Source: an uncultured Actinomycetes bacterium (GTDB lineage Bacteria > Actinomycetota > Acidimicrobiia > Acidimicrobiales > RAAP-2). From it: a stretch of DNA of 64,000 nt. The notes beneath the pieces are model-generated. The model was not told the DNA's origin. It made no database searches and saw nothing but the letters and a program-made list of their open reading frames with translations. The position numbers and the translations under genes are program-made. The stretch is from assembly GCA_903830655.1 (NCBI GenBank), contig CAIKUQ010000070.1, positions 9,596-73,595 of the forward strand, in the 5' to 3' direction. Shown here one piece after another: positions 26,974 through 36,344 of this stretch (the first letter of the stretch is position 1; each line of letters begins with the position of its first letter).

Positions 26974-29343
26974 CTACAGGTTTTCGTTTTCGTATTGCTC
27001 AAGTGTCATCATGACCTTGCGAGCCTTCGAGCCATCTCCGGGGGCGACGATACCCTCTTCTTCAAGTTGATCCATAATTCGACCAGCGCGAGCAAAGCCG
27101 ATGCGTAACTTGCGCTGCAGCATCGAAGTAGAGCCTGATTGTGTAGAAAGTACGAGCTCGCGGGCCTTGTGCAGAACCACTTCATCGTCGCTATCGGCAA
27201 CGGCGCCACTCACGGCCAGTCCCTGTCTCTCGCCCGGAAGATCGGCGGCCACAATCGTTTCGGTCCGCCCGCCTTGCGCCTTCCATGCGCCAACGACCTT
27301 GCGCACCTCTTCTTCTGATACCCAGGGGGACTGGATGCGACGTGCCACGTTTGAAGAAGCGGTTAGCAAGAGCATGTCACCCTTACCAATCAGCCGCTCC
27401 GCTCCGGCTTGATCGAGAATGACCCGTGAGTCACCGAGGGAGGAGACTGCAAAGGCCATCCGGGAGGGTACGTTGGCTTTGATGACACCCGTAATAACGT
27501 CTACCGAGGGTCGTTGGGTCGCAAGTACGAGGTGGATACCGACTGCGCGCGCCATCTGGGAAATCCGGACCACGCAATCTTCCACGTCTCGCGCCGCCAC
27601 CATCATCAAGTCGTTGAGCTCATCAACCACAATGACTATGTAGGGAAGCTCCAAGGGCTCTTCCGGTGCGGGAACGCCCGAATCAAGTCCAGTGGTGCGT
27701 TCAATGATTTCGCCTACTTCGTGGGCGGATGTGCGCTTGGGGGTAATTTCCCCACGCTCCACCATCTGGTGATAACTCGTAATATCACGCGCACCGTTTG
27801 CCGCTAAGAGATCGTAGCGGCTCTCCATTTCCTTCACGGCCCAGTTCAAGATGTTGGCCGCTTTTCGAGGGTCTACCACTACCGGGGAAAGAAGGTGTGG
27901 CAAGTCGTTGTACTGACCGAGCTCAACTCGCTTGGGGTCAATGAGTACGAGACGTAATTGATCAGGGGTAGCTCGCATCACCAGACCAGTAATAAGCGAG
28001 TTGATGCAGGAACTCTTTCCAGCTCCGGTCGCGCCGGAAATCAGAACGTGAGGCATTTCACCGAGATTGACCATGACGGTCTTCCCCGAGATATCCCTTC
28101 CCAAGGGGACATCTAAGGGGTGATGTGCAGCTTGGGCTTCGGGCGAACTCATCACATCTCCAAGCGCTACGAGAGAACGATTGCGGTTCGGAACCTCAAT
28201 GCCAATTGCCGAACGTCCCGGAATGGGCGCGAGAATTCGGACATCCGGTGAGGCCATGGCGTATGCGATGTCCTTGTTCAAGGAGGTGATCTTGGCCACC
28301 TTCACCCCAGGGCCAATCTCCAATTCGAACCGAGTAACCGCTGGACCGACGGTGTAGCCCACGAGGGTTGTCTCAACACCGTGAGCGGCCAGCGCCTCTA
28401 CGAGCGCCTCCCCCGCTTCATCTATGGCCGAACGATCGGTCTTTGTATCTTTGGTTTTACTCAGTAGAGAGAGCGGTGGAAGTTCCCAAACGTCCGGTCG
28501 GGTCGGTACATTCGCGCGCGATGCAATGGGAGCAGCGACTACCTCGGAGTCATCTTCGACATTTTGGTCATCAACGAAAATAAAACTTTCAGAAGCCGGT
28601 TCCTCCTCAAGTTCCTCGACTTCATCAATCTCTTCAGGAGCTTCGTCTACTTCTTCATACTCTTCATCCGCCTCTTCATACTCAGGCAAATCTTCGTACT
28701 CATCTTCGATAATGTCTTCGTCATCTCGATCATCGCGGGCGGCCAAAGTTGCCCGCAACGACCTCCAGATATAACCAAATCCTTTTCCAATGGAGACCAG
28801 CAGAGTTCGAAGTCCGATTCCAGTGAGCACCATCGAAGCGACAACCATCATCGCCACCAGAGTCACGTACCCTCCGATAGTTCCTACGGTTTGCAGCAGC
28901 GCATCACCGATTGCTACGCCAAGAAATCCCCCCGCATCAGCAATTGCGTGCAGTGGCGCTGAAAATGCGGGGTGCCCCGCTGAAAGATCGGCGAGTCCAC
29001 TGACGCTCGCCATACCGAGGCCAATTCCCCAACTTAGGCGCGCTCCGTCGACTTCAATTTTGTTCCACACCAACAAAACCCCGAGCATGAGCAGAACGAG
29101 CGGTACCACGAGCTTTGAAAGTCCAATTGCATCAGCCAAGACGCGAGAGAGTCCCTGACCGACTGGTCCCAATACGGAGAACTGCGCGAGCAAAGAGAAA
29201 ATACCAATGACAAAAAGAATCACAATCCAAATGTCACGCTGATGGCGGGCCCATAGCCCTTCACGCTCGGATTTCTCCCGAGTTACCTTCTTTTTCGGCG
29301 CGCTCTTTTTGGCTGGCGCCTTCTTGCCTCGGGATGTTGCCAT
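26974..29343 (-). CDS. ftsK: DNA translocase FtsK/SpoIIIE
   Basis: N-terminal TM domain, acidic linker, GATGAGKS, DELNDLM, ATQRPSVDVITG, gamma domain LQRKLRIGFARAGRIMD. Confidence 0.97.
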   Translation of the reverse strand: MATSRGKKAPAKKSAPKKKVTREKSEREGLWARHQRDIWIVILFVIGIFSLLAQFSVLGPVGQGLSRVLADAIGLSKLVVPLVLLMLGVLLVWNKIEVDGARLSWGIGLGMASVSGLADLSAGHPAFSAPLHAIADAGGFLGVAIGDALLQTVGTIGGYVTLVAMMVVASMVLTGIGLRTLLVSIGKGFGYIWRSLRATLAARDDRDDEDIIEDEYEDLPEYEEADEEYEEVDEAPEEIDEVEELEEEPASESFIFVDDQNVEDDSEVVAAPIASRANVPTRPDVWELPPLSLLSKTKDTKTDRSAIDEAGEALVEALAAHGVETTLVGYTVGPAVTRFELEIGPGVKVAKITSLNKDIAYAMASPDVRILAPIPGRSAIGIEVPNRNRSLVALGDVMSSPEAQAAHHPLDVPLGRDISGKTVMVNLGEMPHVLISGATGAGKSSCINSLITGLVMRATPDQLRLVLIDPKRVELGQYNDLPHLLSPVVVDPRKAANILNWAVKEMESRYDLLAANGARDITSYHQMVERGEITPKRTSAHEVGEIIERTTGLDSGVPAPEEPLELPYIVIVVDELNDLMMVAARDVEDCVVRISQMARAVGIHLVLATQRPSVDVITGVIKANVPSRMAFAVSSLGDSRVILDQAGAERLIGKGDMLLLTASSNVARRIQSPWVSEEEVRKVVGAWKAQGGRTETIVAADLPGERQGLAVSGAVADSDDEVVLHKARELVLSTQSGSTSMLQRKLRIGFARAGRIMDQLEEEGIVAPGDGSKARKVMMTLEQYENENL

Positions 29344-29402
29344 GAGTATCCAATTTACCGAACTTTTGTTCGAAATCTGACCTTTCGACCTATTCTTGAG
29401 GG

Positions 29403-30179
29403 GTGACTACTCCTCCGGACGCCAGTTCCACTTCGTTAGCTGAGCGCTTAGGTGTCAGAGCCGTTACCGCGACAGTTAAGTCGGTGGAAACGCTCTCCCC
29501 CTCCTTAGCGGCCGTGACCCTCTCGGTTCCCGATATTGCTATCGCTGGAGTGCCGGGGAATGATGTCATGATTTCTATTGCCAAATTAGATGGGTCATTA
29601 GCTCGCCGCCGATATTCGGTCAGAAGCACCAATGCCGAAGAAAGTACCGTCACCTTTTGGGTCACGACCCACCACGACGGTTTGGCGTCTGAGTGGCTGC
29701 GTAGCGCCACACCGGGAGCGCAGACTGATTTGGTGGGGCCGCGTGGAAAAATCGTCCTCGACCCACTTGCTGATTGGTACCTCTTTGTGGGAGAGATTTC
29801 TGCCCTCGGCGCTTTCTACAACCTCGCTGAAGCTATCGAAACCCCCGGTAAGGCGATCTTTATTGTTGAAGTTCCAGAGGCTACTGACATCGTCACCACA
29901 TCCTTTGACTCAGGGCTCGGGGTTACTGGCATATTTATTGAACGCCAAGGTCGTGCCCCGAGTGACGCTGAGGGTATTTTGCGTGGACTCGCTGCATTTG
30001 AATTTCCTGAAGGTCACGGACACGCCTACCTATTTGGAGAATTCAGTCAGATCAAGGCTGCGAAACTCGCTCTGCTCGACCGTGGTTTAACCGAAGACCA
30101 AATCTCTTCCAAGGCCTTCTGGCGTCAAGGTAAAGCCAACCAAGACCACGGCGAACCTGACAAAACGTCGGACTCCTAA
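29403..30179 (+). CDS. siderophore-interacting protein (FAD-binding, ViuB/YqjH-like)
   Basis: RRYSVR, WLRSA.PG, VGPRGK, C-terminal GE....K....L..RG......S.K.FWR.G. Confidence 0.85.
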   Translation: MTTPPDASSTSLAERLGVRAVTATVKSVETLSPSLAAVTLSVPDIAIAGVPGNDVMISIAKLDGSLARRRYSVRSTNAEESTVTFWVTTHHDGLASEWLRSATPGAQTDLVGPRGKIVLDPLADWYLFVGEISALGAFYNLAEAIETPGKAIFIVEVPEATDIVTTSFDSGLGVTGIFIERQGRAPSDAEGILRGLAAFEFPEGHGHAYLFGEFSQIKAAKLALLDRGLTEDQISSKAFWRQGKANQDHGEPDKTSDS

Positions 30180-31834
30180 AAGACAACGATTGCTGGAAGC
30201 AATACTGGCTGCCGACGAAAACGTTGGCCGAGCAACCTGCCCGCACAACGTTGTGCCACGCGATTCAGCACCTCGGCACTACGCTCACCCTCGCGCAATG
30301 CTTCAGTGAGGGCGCTACGCACTTCATTGGTAATCGTTAGTTGGACACTGCGGTCCCCTTCACCTTCAAACCAGCCGCGCGCGGTCACGCTTACCTCGTG
30401 AACAATCTCACCGCGCTCCCCATCAATTCCTGCTGAAATCATCAAGACTCCAAATTCGGCCAACATTCGACGTTCCTCGAGGGGCCGTTCGTCTAGGTCG
30501 CCCGCTCCACCATCGATGTAGTGAAAGCCCGCTGGAATTTGCCCGGCTCGACGAATCCCCTTTTCGGAGACTTCAACCTGGTCACCGTCTTCGCAAACCA
30601 AAATGTGGGAGCGTTCTAAACCCATGGACTCAGCGAGAGCGGCGTGGTGAATCATGTGGCGATACTCCCCGTGAACCGGGATGAAGTTCCTTGGACGAAG
30701 CAACTGATGAAAGGTGCGAAGCTCTCCTTGACGCGCGTGACCGGAGGCATGAACAGCCTCCTTGCCCGAATGAATAACTTCGGTTCCGGTACGCGTGAGG
30801 TCATCGATAACTCGTCCAACGCTCCACTCGTTACCCGGAATCGGATGCGAGCTCAAGATGATGGTGTCTTCTGGCCCAACCTTGAGGAAACGATTATCAC
30901 CGCGTGACAGCTTCGAAAGCGCCGCCATAGGCTCGCCCTGCGCGCCGGTGCAGATTACGCACACTTCACCTGGTTCGTAGCGATCGATATTCTCCACATC
31001 CACAAAGTCAGCCTTGTCCACATGCAGCAAATTCAATTTGCGCGCCAGTTTGGCGTTGGCCTCCATGGACCGTCCCATGAGACAAATTTTGCGATTCTGC
31101 TCAAGGGCGATGTCAACAATTTGCTGGACACGGTGAATGTGCGAGGAAAAACATGCCACTACCATTCGTCGATTCGCACGCTCTAGAAAAAGCCTTCTCA
31201 GGGTGGCCCCGACGCTCGATTCGGAGGCGGTGAATCCGGGCTCCTCGGCGTTAGTGGAATCGCACAACAAGAGCGCTACGCCTTCGTCTCCCAGTTGAGC
31301 CAAGCGAGAGACATCGGTGCGCCTTCCGTCAATTGGAGTTAGGTCCAGCTTGAAGTCCCCCGAGTGCACGATGACGCCAGCCTTGGTGTGAAAGGCCAAT
31401 GCGTGAGCACTCGGAACCGAATGCGTCACGGGAATAAATTCGACCTCGAATGGTCCAATGCGGCGGCGTTCATGGTCGTCCACCTCGATAAAGGTCAGAT
31501 CAGCGGAAACTTTGGCTTCACTCAACCGGTGTTTCGCGAAACCTACGGTCAAGGGCGAACCATAAATAGGTACGTTGACGTCCTTGACTAAATAGCGAAG
31601 GGCGCCGGTGTGATCTTCGTGACCATGGGTCAAGACGATGCCGTCAATCTTGTCTCGGCGTTCGATGAGCCATCGGAAGTCCGGGAGAATTAAATCCACC
31701 CCATACATATTGGGCTCCGGGAACATCAGCCCAGCGTCGACCACCACAATGCGACCGTCTTGTTCAATCGCAGCGCAATTACGTCCGATTTCGCCTAAGC
31801 CACCAAGAAAGGTGACGCGTACCTGCTCAGCCAC
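30176..31834 (-). CDS. rnj: ribonuclease J
   Basis: FLGGLGEIGRN, THGHEDHTG, THSVP, GDFK, HASGHA, HGEYRH. GTG at 31834 is the likely start. Confidence 0.96.
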   Translation of the reverse strand: MAEQVRVTFLGGLGEIGRNCAAIEQDGRIVVVDAGLMFPEPNMYGVDLILPDFRWLIERRDKIDGIVLTHGHEDHTGALRYLVKDVNVPIYGSPLTVGFAKHRLSEAKVSADLTFIEVDDHERRRIGPFEVEFIPVTHSVPSAHALAFHTKAGVIVHSGDFKLDLTPIDGRRTDVSRLAQLGDEGVALLLCDSTNAEEPGFTASESSVGATLRRLFLERANRRMVVACFSSHIHRVQQIVDIALEQNRKICLMGRSMEANAKLARKLNLLHVDKADFVDVENIDRYEPGEVCVICTGAQGEPMAALSKLSRGDNRFLKVGPEDTIILSSHPIPGNEWSVGRVIDDLTRTGTEVIHSGKEAVHASGHARQGELRTFHQLLRPRNFIPVHGEYRHMIHHAALAESMGLERSHILVCEDGDQVEVSEKGIRRAGQIPAGFHYIDGGAGDLDERPLEERRMLAEFGVLMISAGIDGERGEIVHEVSVTARGWFEGEGDRSVQLTITNEVRSALTEALREGERSAEVLNRVAQRCAGRLLGQRFRRQPVLLPAIVVF

Positions 31835-32723
31835 GGGCGCTACGAACTTCAGCCAGCAGGGCAACTGCCTGGGCGTCGAGTGCAGCATCGCTTGGGGCGT
31901 GCGGAAGTCGGCATTGCCCAACCGCAATCCCCTGCGCGCGCATCATGGCCTTTGAAGGCATTGGGTTTGGATACATTTCACTTCCTTCGAATGTGCAACT
32001 CGCCACCAATCGGTCAGCTATTGATTGGGCTAGTGCGAGGTCACCGGCCTCAAACGCTGCGATCAACTGTTGAAATTCAGGCCCGGCCCAATGGGAGGCA
32101 ACGGACACAATTCCGACTGCCCCTTCCGCTAAGAAGGGCAAGAGCAAACCATCATCACCGCTGTAAAGGTCAAATCCATCACCCAGCGTTTGCTTGACGT
32201 GACGAGCCGTTTCGAGGTCGGCCGACGCATCCTTCAGTGCTACAACATTGGAGTGTTCTCTGGCTAGAGCAATTGTCGTTTCACCGGCAATTTTGCGCCC
32301 GGTGCGAGACGGTATGTCATAGAGCATCACGGGCAGATCGGTTGCCTCAGCAATAGCGCCAAGATGCCCCTTGATGCCCAACTGATTCGGACGAGAGTAC
32401 GCCGGTGTGGTGGCTAGTACCCCCGCGACAGAAGTGCCTGTGAGCCGCTTGGTCAGCGCGACAGATTGTTGAGTGTTTGCGAAGGTTGACCCCGCAAAAA
32501 CCGGAACGGTCACCACTTGGGCGACATGGGAAAACAGTTCAAATTTTTCATCGTCACTGAGTGCGGGGCCCTCTCCAGTAGAACCAGCAACAATGAGCCC
32601 GTCAGATCCGTTTTCGACTAGAAAGCGAGCCACCTCTGAGGCGACATCGAGATCTACCTCTCCTTGGGCCGTGAAGGGCGTCACCATTGCCGTTAGGACG
32701 TGGCCGAAGCGTGGTGAACTCAT
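31827..32723 (-). CDS. dapA: 4-hydroxy-tetrahydrodipicolinate synthase
   Basis: TAMVTPF, GSTGE, LYDIPSR, Schiff-base ALKDAS, SGDD, NP.P.K. Confidence 0.95.
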   Translation of the reverse strand: MSSPRFGHVLTAMVTPFTAQGEVDLDVASEVARFLVENGSDGLIVAGSTGEGPALSDDEKFELFSHVAQVVTVPVFAGSTFANTQQSVALTKRLTGTSVAGVLATTPAYSRPNQLGIKGHLGAIAEATDLPVMLYDIPSRTGRKIAGETTIALAREHSNVVALKDASADLETARHVKQTLGDGFDLYSGDDGLLLPFLAEGAVGIVSVASHWAGPEFQQLIAAFEAGDLALAQSIADRLVASCTFEGSEMYPNPMPSKAMMRAQGIAVGQCRLPHAPSDAALDAQAVALLAEVRSARG

Positions 32724-32759
32724 GTGCCCAAGTTACCAGTCATCGTGAAAAATGAGTGC

Positions 32760-33530
32760 TCAGGAGAGGAATGAATCAATACCCCGCACGAATTGCGGTT
32801 GGGAGCCGATAGCCCGCAGAGCGAGCGCGACCCCTTGAATAAATGAGGTGCGATCAAAGGAGTCGTGCCGGATGGTGAGACCTTCACCGGGTCCGCCAAA
32901 AATAATCTCCTGGTGGGCTACTAATCCCGGGAGGCGAATCGAATGAATCTGCACGCCAGCTTCGCTCTGTGCACCACGGGCTCCGGCCACGGTCTGTCGC
33001 TCGGTCATGTCGACCATCTTCTCTAGGCCCGCGGCTTCGCGCGCAGCACCAATCGCCCGCGCCGTGGTCAGCGAAGTGCCCGAAGGTGCGTCAAGCTTCT
33101 GGTCGTGATGCAGTTCAATGATTTCGACTCGTGGAAAATAGGGAGCAGCCAGAGCGGCGAATTTCTCCGACAGCACTGCTCCGAGGGAAAAATTAGAAGC
33201 CTGGACTACGCCAGTCACGGTGGCTGCTTTCTCCAATTGGGCCGTTTGTTCATCGTTGAGTCCGGTTGTGCCGGTCACTAAAGCGACTTTGTTAGACGCA
33301 CACCACAGGCTGAGAGCAGGAATGGCATCGGGGAGTGAAAAGTCAACAACGTGAGAAATCTCAGTGTCCGAAAGCTCGTCAACCGACCTCGCCCACCGTG
33401 CTCCGAATAATTCTCGAGGCTGGTTCGAGTCAACGAGGGCGACCAGAGAAATGTCATTCAGCTGAGAAAGACCTTCGGCCATTGCTTGACCCATCCGGCC
33501 AGCACCGCCATTGATTGCGAGACGAATCAT
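32760..33530 (-). CDS. dapB: 4-hydroxy-tetrahydrodipicolinate reductase
   Basis: G.AGRMG, VTGTTG, NFSLG, IIELHH..KLDAPSGT, HSIR.PG.VAHQE. Confidence 0.96.
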   Translation of the reverse strand: MIRLAINGGAGRMGQAMAEGLSQLNDISLVALVDSNQPRELFGARWARSVDELSDTEISHVVDFSLPDAIPALSLWCASNKVALVTGTTGLNDEQTAQLEKAATVTGVVQASNFSLGAVLSEKFAALAAPYFPRVEIIELHHDQKLDAPSGTSLTTARAIGAAREAAGLEKMVDMTERQTVAGARGAQSEAGVQIHSIRLPGLVAHQEIIFGGPGEGLTIRHDSFDRTSFIQGVALALRAIGSQPQFVRGIDSFLS

Positions 33531-36283
33531 GCATCTACCTTAGTTCTGCGTCTTGCCAAAACACCTATCAGGGTGAAAACAACTGCAAAGAGCCAGCCCA
33601 GAGCAGCAACGAGCGAAGACAACAAGCCAAGTTCGATATAGGGCGCATGGTAGTGCCAGTGAATCTGCCACTTGCCGGTCGGTACTCGAGTTGACAAAAT
33701 TAATCCGTGTCGGAATACAGGCAAAGGTTCCGTTTTTTTCGTCTTCAAATTAAGCCCAGTAACGCGCCAACCTGGAAGATACGCCATCGAACGCGTTAGA
33801 GTCACATATCTGGTGGCGTGTACTACGTCGAGCTCATCTCCCCAGGCTGAACCTTGTGTTGACAACAGTGCTGAACCATCGAGACGCCCAACCAACATTG
33901 TTGGCTGAACGGGTCCTTGATGCCGGAACACACTCAATCCGCCAACGGTGGCTGACAGCCGCCAGTGATTTGAAAGTGTCGCAATGGCGTCTTGAAATGG
34001 CGTCACTAAGTCGTAAGAAGCCCTAGCGCCCTCGAATACCTTTGCGTCTTTCACCGCAAACGAGTTCATCGAGGAGATGAGGACTCCATACGAGGTCAAT
34101 TTGGATTGTGCAAAATTGAATGTTACGTCTGAGCCAATCTTTGACCCTCGCACTGCCGATCCGATCAGATTCGACTGCGAGTCGATCAATTGTGCGTAGT
34201 ACTGTGAGCCGGCAAAACTCCCAGGCGCTTCAATGCTCGTGAGTACAAATTTCGTGGCTGCAAGTCCTTGTCCCCAGTAGCGATAGGCCGACGGACTAGT
34301 CTTCACCGGCCCGCAAACAGGCTCCGGCTTATGGGCTGGGGTGTTGTGATCAGCCAGTGAGGCGGTGTTGACAATCACCGTGGTCAAGTCCAACTGCGTG
34401 AACACTCCCCCCTTGAAGGCGCACACGTCGAACATCGCTCGGGGATGGGTGCCGGTAGCCTGCGAATAGCGAGCGTTAATTAAAGAGCCGTAGCCCTGAA
34501 CACTGGGGAACCCGGTGAAGACATTGAGATTGGGCAATCCAATCTGCTCAACTTCAGTCTCATTGGCACCGAAGCGGTCCAAGATGGCGGTACGTCCAGC
34601 CACTGGTCCAATCAGCTTCTTGATGACCGAATGCGATGGTTCGGCGGTTATCGGGTGATTCACTACCGTGCCGGTCGTTAAATAAACACTCGTCTGGCCC
34701 AACGCGAGAAAGAGGGTGAGGTCGCACATCGCCAGGCCGACTAACCAGCGGAATCGTCGAGGACTGTGTTGGCGAAGCAGGAGCAGTGCGAAACTTAACG
34801 CGAGGAGCGCAAAAATTATGAAAACCGGCCACTGCAAGGTAACGAGATGTGCTGAGCGAGGAATTGCGCCGAGCCAATTCGCCGCGGCCGTGCCGCCAAT
34901 CCAGAGTATTCCCACTGTTCCAATGACCACAGTGGTGATGGCCAAAATCGCGACCTTCGTTCGCCGGGTCAGCGTTGGCGCATTCCACCGGCCAGCCCTA
35001 ACTTCGTCGAGTAGCCAGGCCAAAAAGGCGGTGAGGGCCAAATCGACGATGATGACATTTCGACTTTGCAGTCTTGTCGAGCCGAACAGCGGAATATGAC
35101 GAAAGAGGTGCCCGAGAGGGGTGAAACTTCCCCACGAGGCAAAGAGGCCAATGATTCCCAGTATCGCAAAAAGGGAGAAATTGCGCTCCTCGTCGCGCCA
35201 TCTAAATCGGTGAAGTCGAGAGAAAAAGATGGCAGCCGCAAATAAGGCCAGTAGGCCAACATAACTCGTCACCTCAGGCAAGTTGTAGTTCGCGTAATAG
35301 GCGGGCTGTCCAAAGCTGCCATTTCCACCCAAGAGAGTCGGAAACCAGAACAGACCGGTCCAGCGAATAACAAGCGAGCCCGATCCGAAGAACCAGTAGT
35401 TCAAACTTGCTCGTTGGGAAAGTCCGATGAAGTCCCAGCCGGGCAACAGTTGCACTAGGCCAATTGCCACTCCCCAGGCGAGGGCGACGATGCTTCCCAC
35501 AACTAGAGCAATGCGGTGACGCAACGATGGTAATGACCAGGAGTTGCCCGCAACAAGTCCGTAGGCGAGAACAATAAGAAAGACCAATTCGACTTCAGCA
35601 ATTGCTCGAGGCTCTCCGGTCAAAAAGGTGAGCCCCCAAATACCCGCAAGAGCAAGAATCCACTTGGCACTCACCCGAAGTAACAACCGCCAAGTTGGGT
35701 CCACATACGCTGAGAGTGTGCGTTGCCAAGCCAGCATCACGAGTACCAACCAAGGCAAAAAGCTGTACCCCTGCACGACCCCAAGGTGAACCATTTGACC
35801 CATCATCGCTCCGGCGTAGCCATAAAAAAGCGCGGAGATGAACGATGAAACAGAACTGATGCCGAGCCAACGCATCAGCGCGTACATGCCTAGGCTCGCG
35901 GCAAAATACACCCCAACTACGTTGATGAGCCACGCAAGTGGAGCAGGAACAAAGGCGAAGATGATGGTTAAGGGATATAGCGAACCAGCATTCATAGCTC
36001 CCAGCAAGGGCGTTCCAGAGTTCGCGTAGACATTCAATAAGGGCAGATGGCCAGTGCGCAGAATCTGACCCGAGAGGACTCGCAAAGGGTAGTTCTGAAT
36101 GAGGTTGTCCCCCGCCAATGCGGGATGTCCTAATAAAGTCGGGATGCCAAACAACAACCACGGAACGATCGCCAAAATCCCAATGCACAGCAGATCGATC
36201 CGCGCAAAGGGGCGATACCACTCGGGAGCCCACTGCTCGATGGCAATTGTGTTGAGAGTGGGGGTCTTTTTCATTTCACTCAT
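33527..36283 (-). CDS. YfhO-family polytopic membrane protein (putative GT-C glycosyltransferase)
   Basis: GD...QNYP, G.LPL.N.Y..SG.PL......G.LYP N-terminal motif, many TM helices, C-terminal Y.PGW and a final TM. Confidence 0.75.
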   Translation of the reverse strand: MSEMKKTPTLNTIAIEQWAPEWYRPFARIDLLCIGILAIVPWLLFGIPTLLGHPALAGDNLIQNYPLRVLSGQILRTGHLPLLNVYANSGTPLLGAMNAGSLYPLTIIFAFVPAPLAWLINVVGVYFAASLGMYALMRWLGISSVSSFISALFYGYAGAMMGQMVHLGVVQGYSFLPWLVLVMLAWQRTLSAYVDPTWRLLLRVSAKWILALAGIWGLTFLTGEPRAIAEVELVFLIVLAYGLVAGNSWSLPSLRHRIALVVGSIVALAWGVAIGLVQLLPGWDFIGLSQRASLNYWFFGSGSLVIRWTGLFWFPTLLGGNGSFGQPAYYANYNLPEVTSYVGLLALFAAAIFFSRLHRFRWRDEERNFSLFAILGIIGLFASWGSFTPLGHLFRHIPLFGSTRLQSRNVIIVDLALTAFLAWLLDEVRAGRWNAPTLTRRTKVAILAITTVVIGTVGILWIGGTAAANWLGAIPRSAHLVTLQWPVFIIFALLALSFALLLLRQHSPRRFRWLVGLAMCDLTLFLALGQTSVYLTTGTVVNHPITAEPSHSVIKKLIGPVAGRTAILDRFGANETEVEQIGLPNLNVFTGFPSVQGYGSLINARYSQATGTHPRAMFDVCAFKGGVFTQLDLTTVIVNTASLADHNTPAHKPEPVCGPVKTSPSAYRYWGQGLAATKFVLTSIEAPGSFAGSQYYAQLIDSQSNLIGSAVRGSKIGSDVTFNFAQSKLTSYGVLISSMNSFAVKDAKVFEGARASYDLVTPFQDAIATLSNHWRLSATVGGLSVFRHQGPVQPTMLVGRLDGSALLSTQGSAWGDELDVVHATRYVTLTRSMAYLPGWRVTGLNLKTKKTEPLPVFRHGLILSTRVPTGKWQIHWHYHAPYIELGLLSSLVAALGWLFAVVFTLIGVLARRRTKVDA

Positions 36284-36290
36284 TATGCGC

Positions 36291-36330
36291 GAAAACCCGC
36301 CACTCGAAGTACTACGACAAGTGGCGGGTT
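36291..36330 (-). terminator. intrinsic terminator after pnp
   Basis: AACCCGCCACT / AGTGGCGGGTT 11-bp stem, running into TTTT on the minus strand. Confidence 0.7.
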
Positions 36331-36344
36331 CACGACAAAACTAC

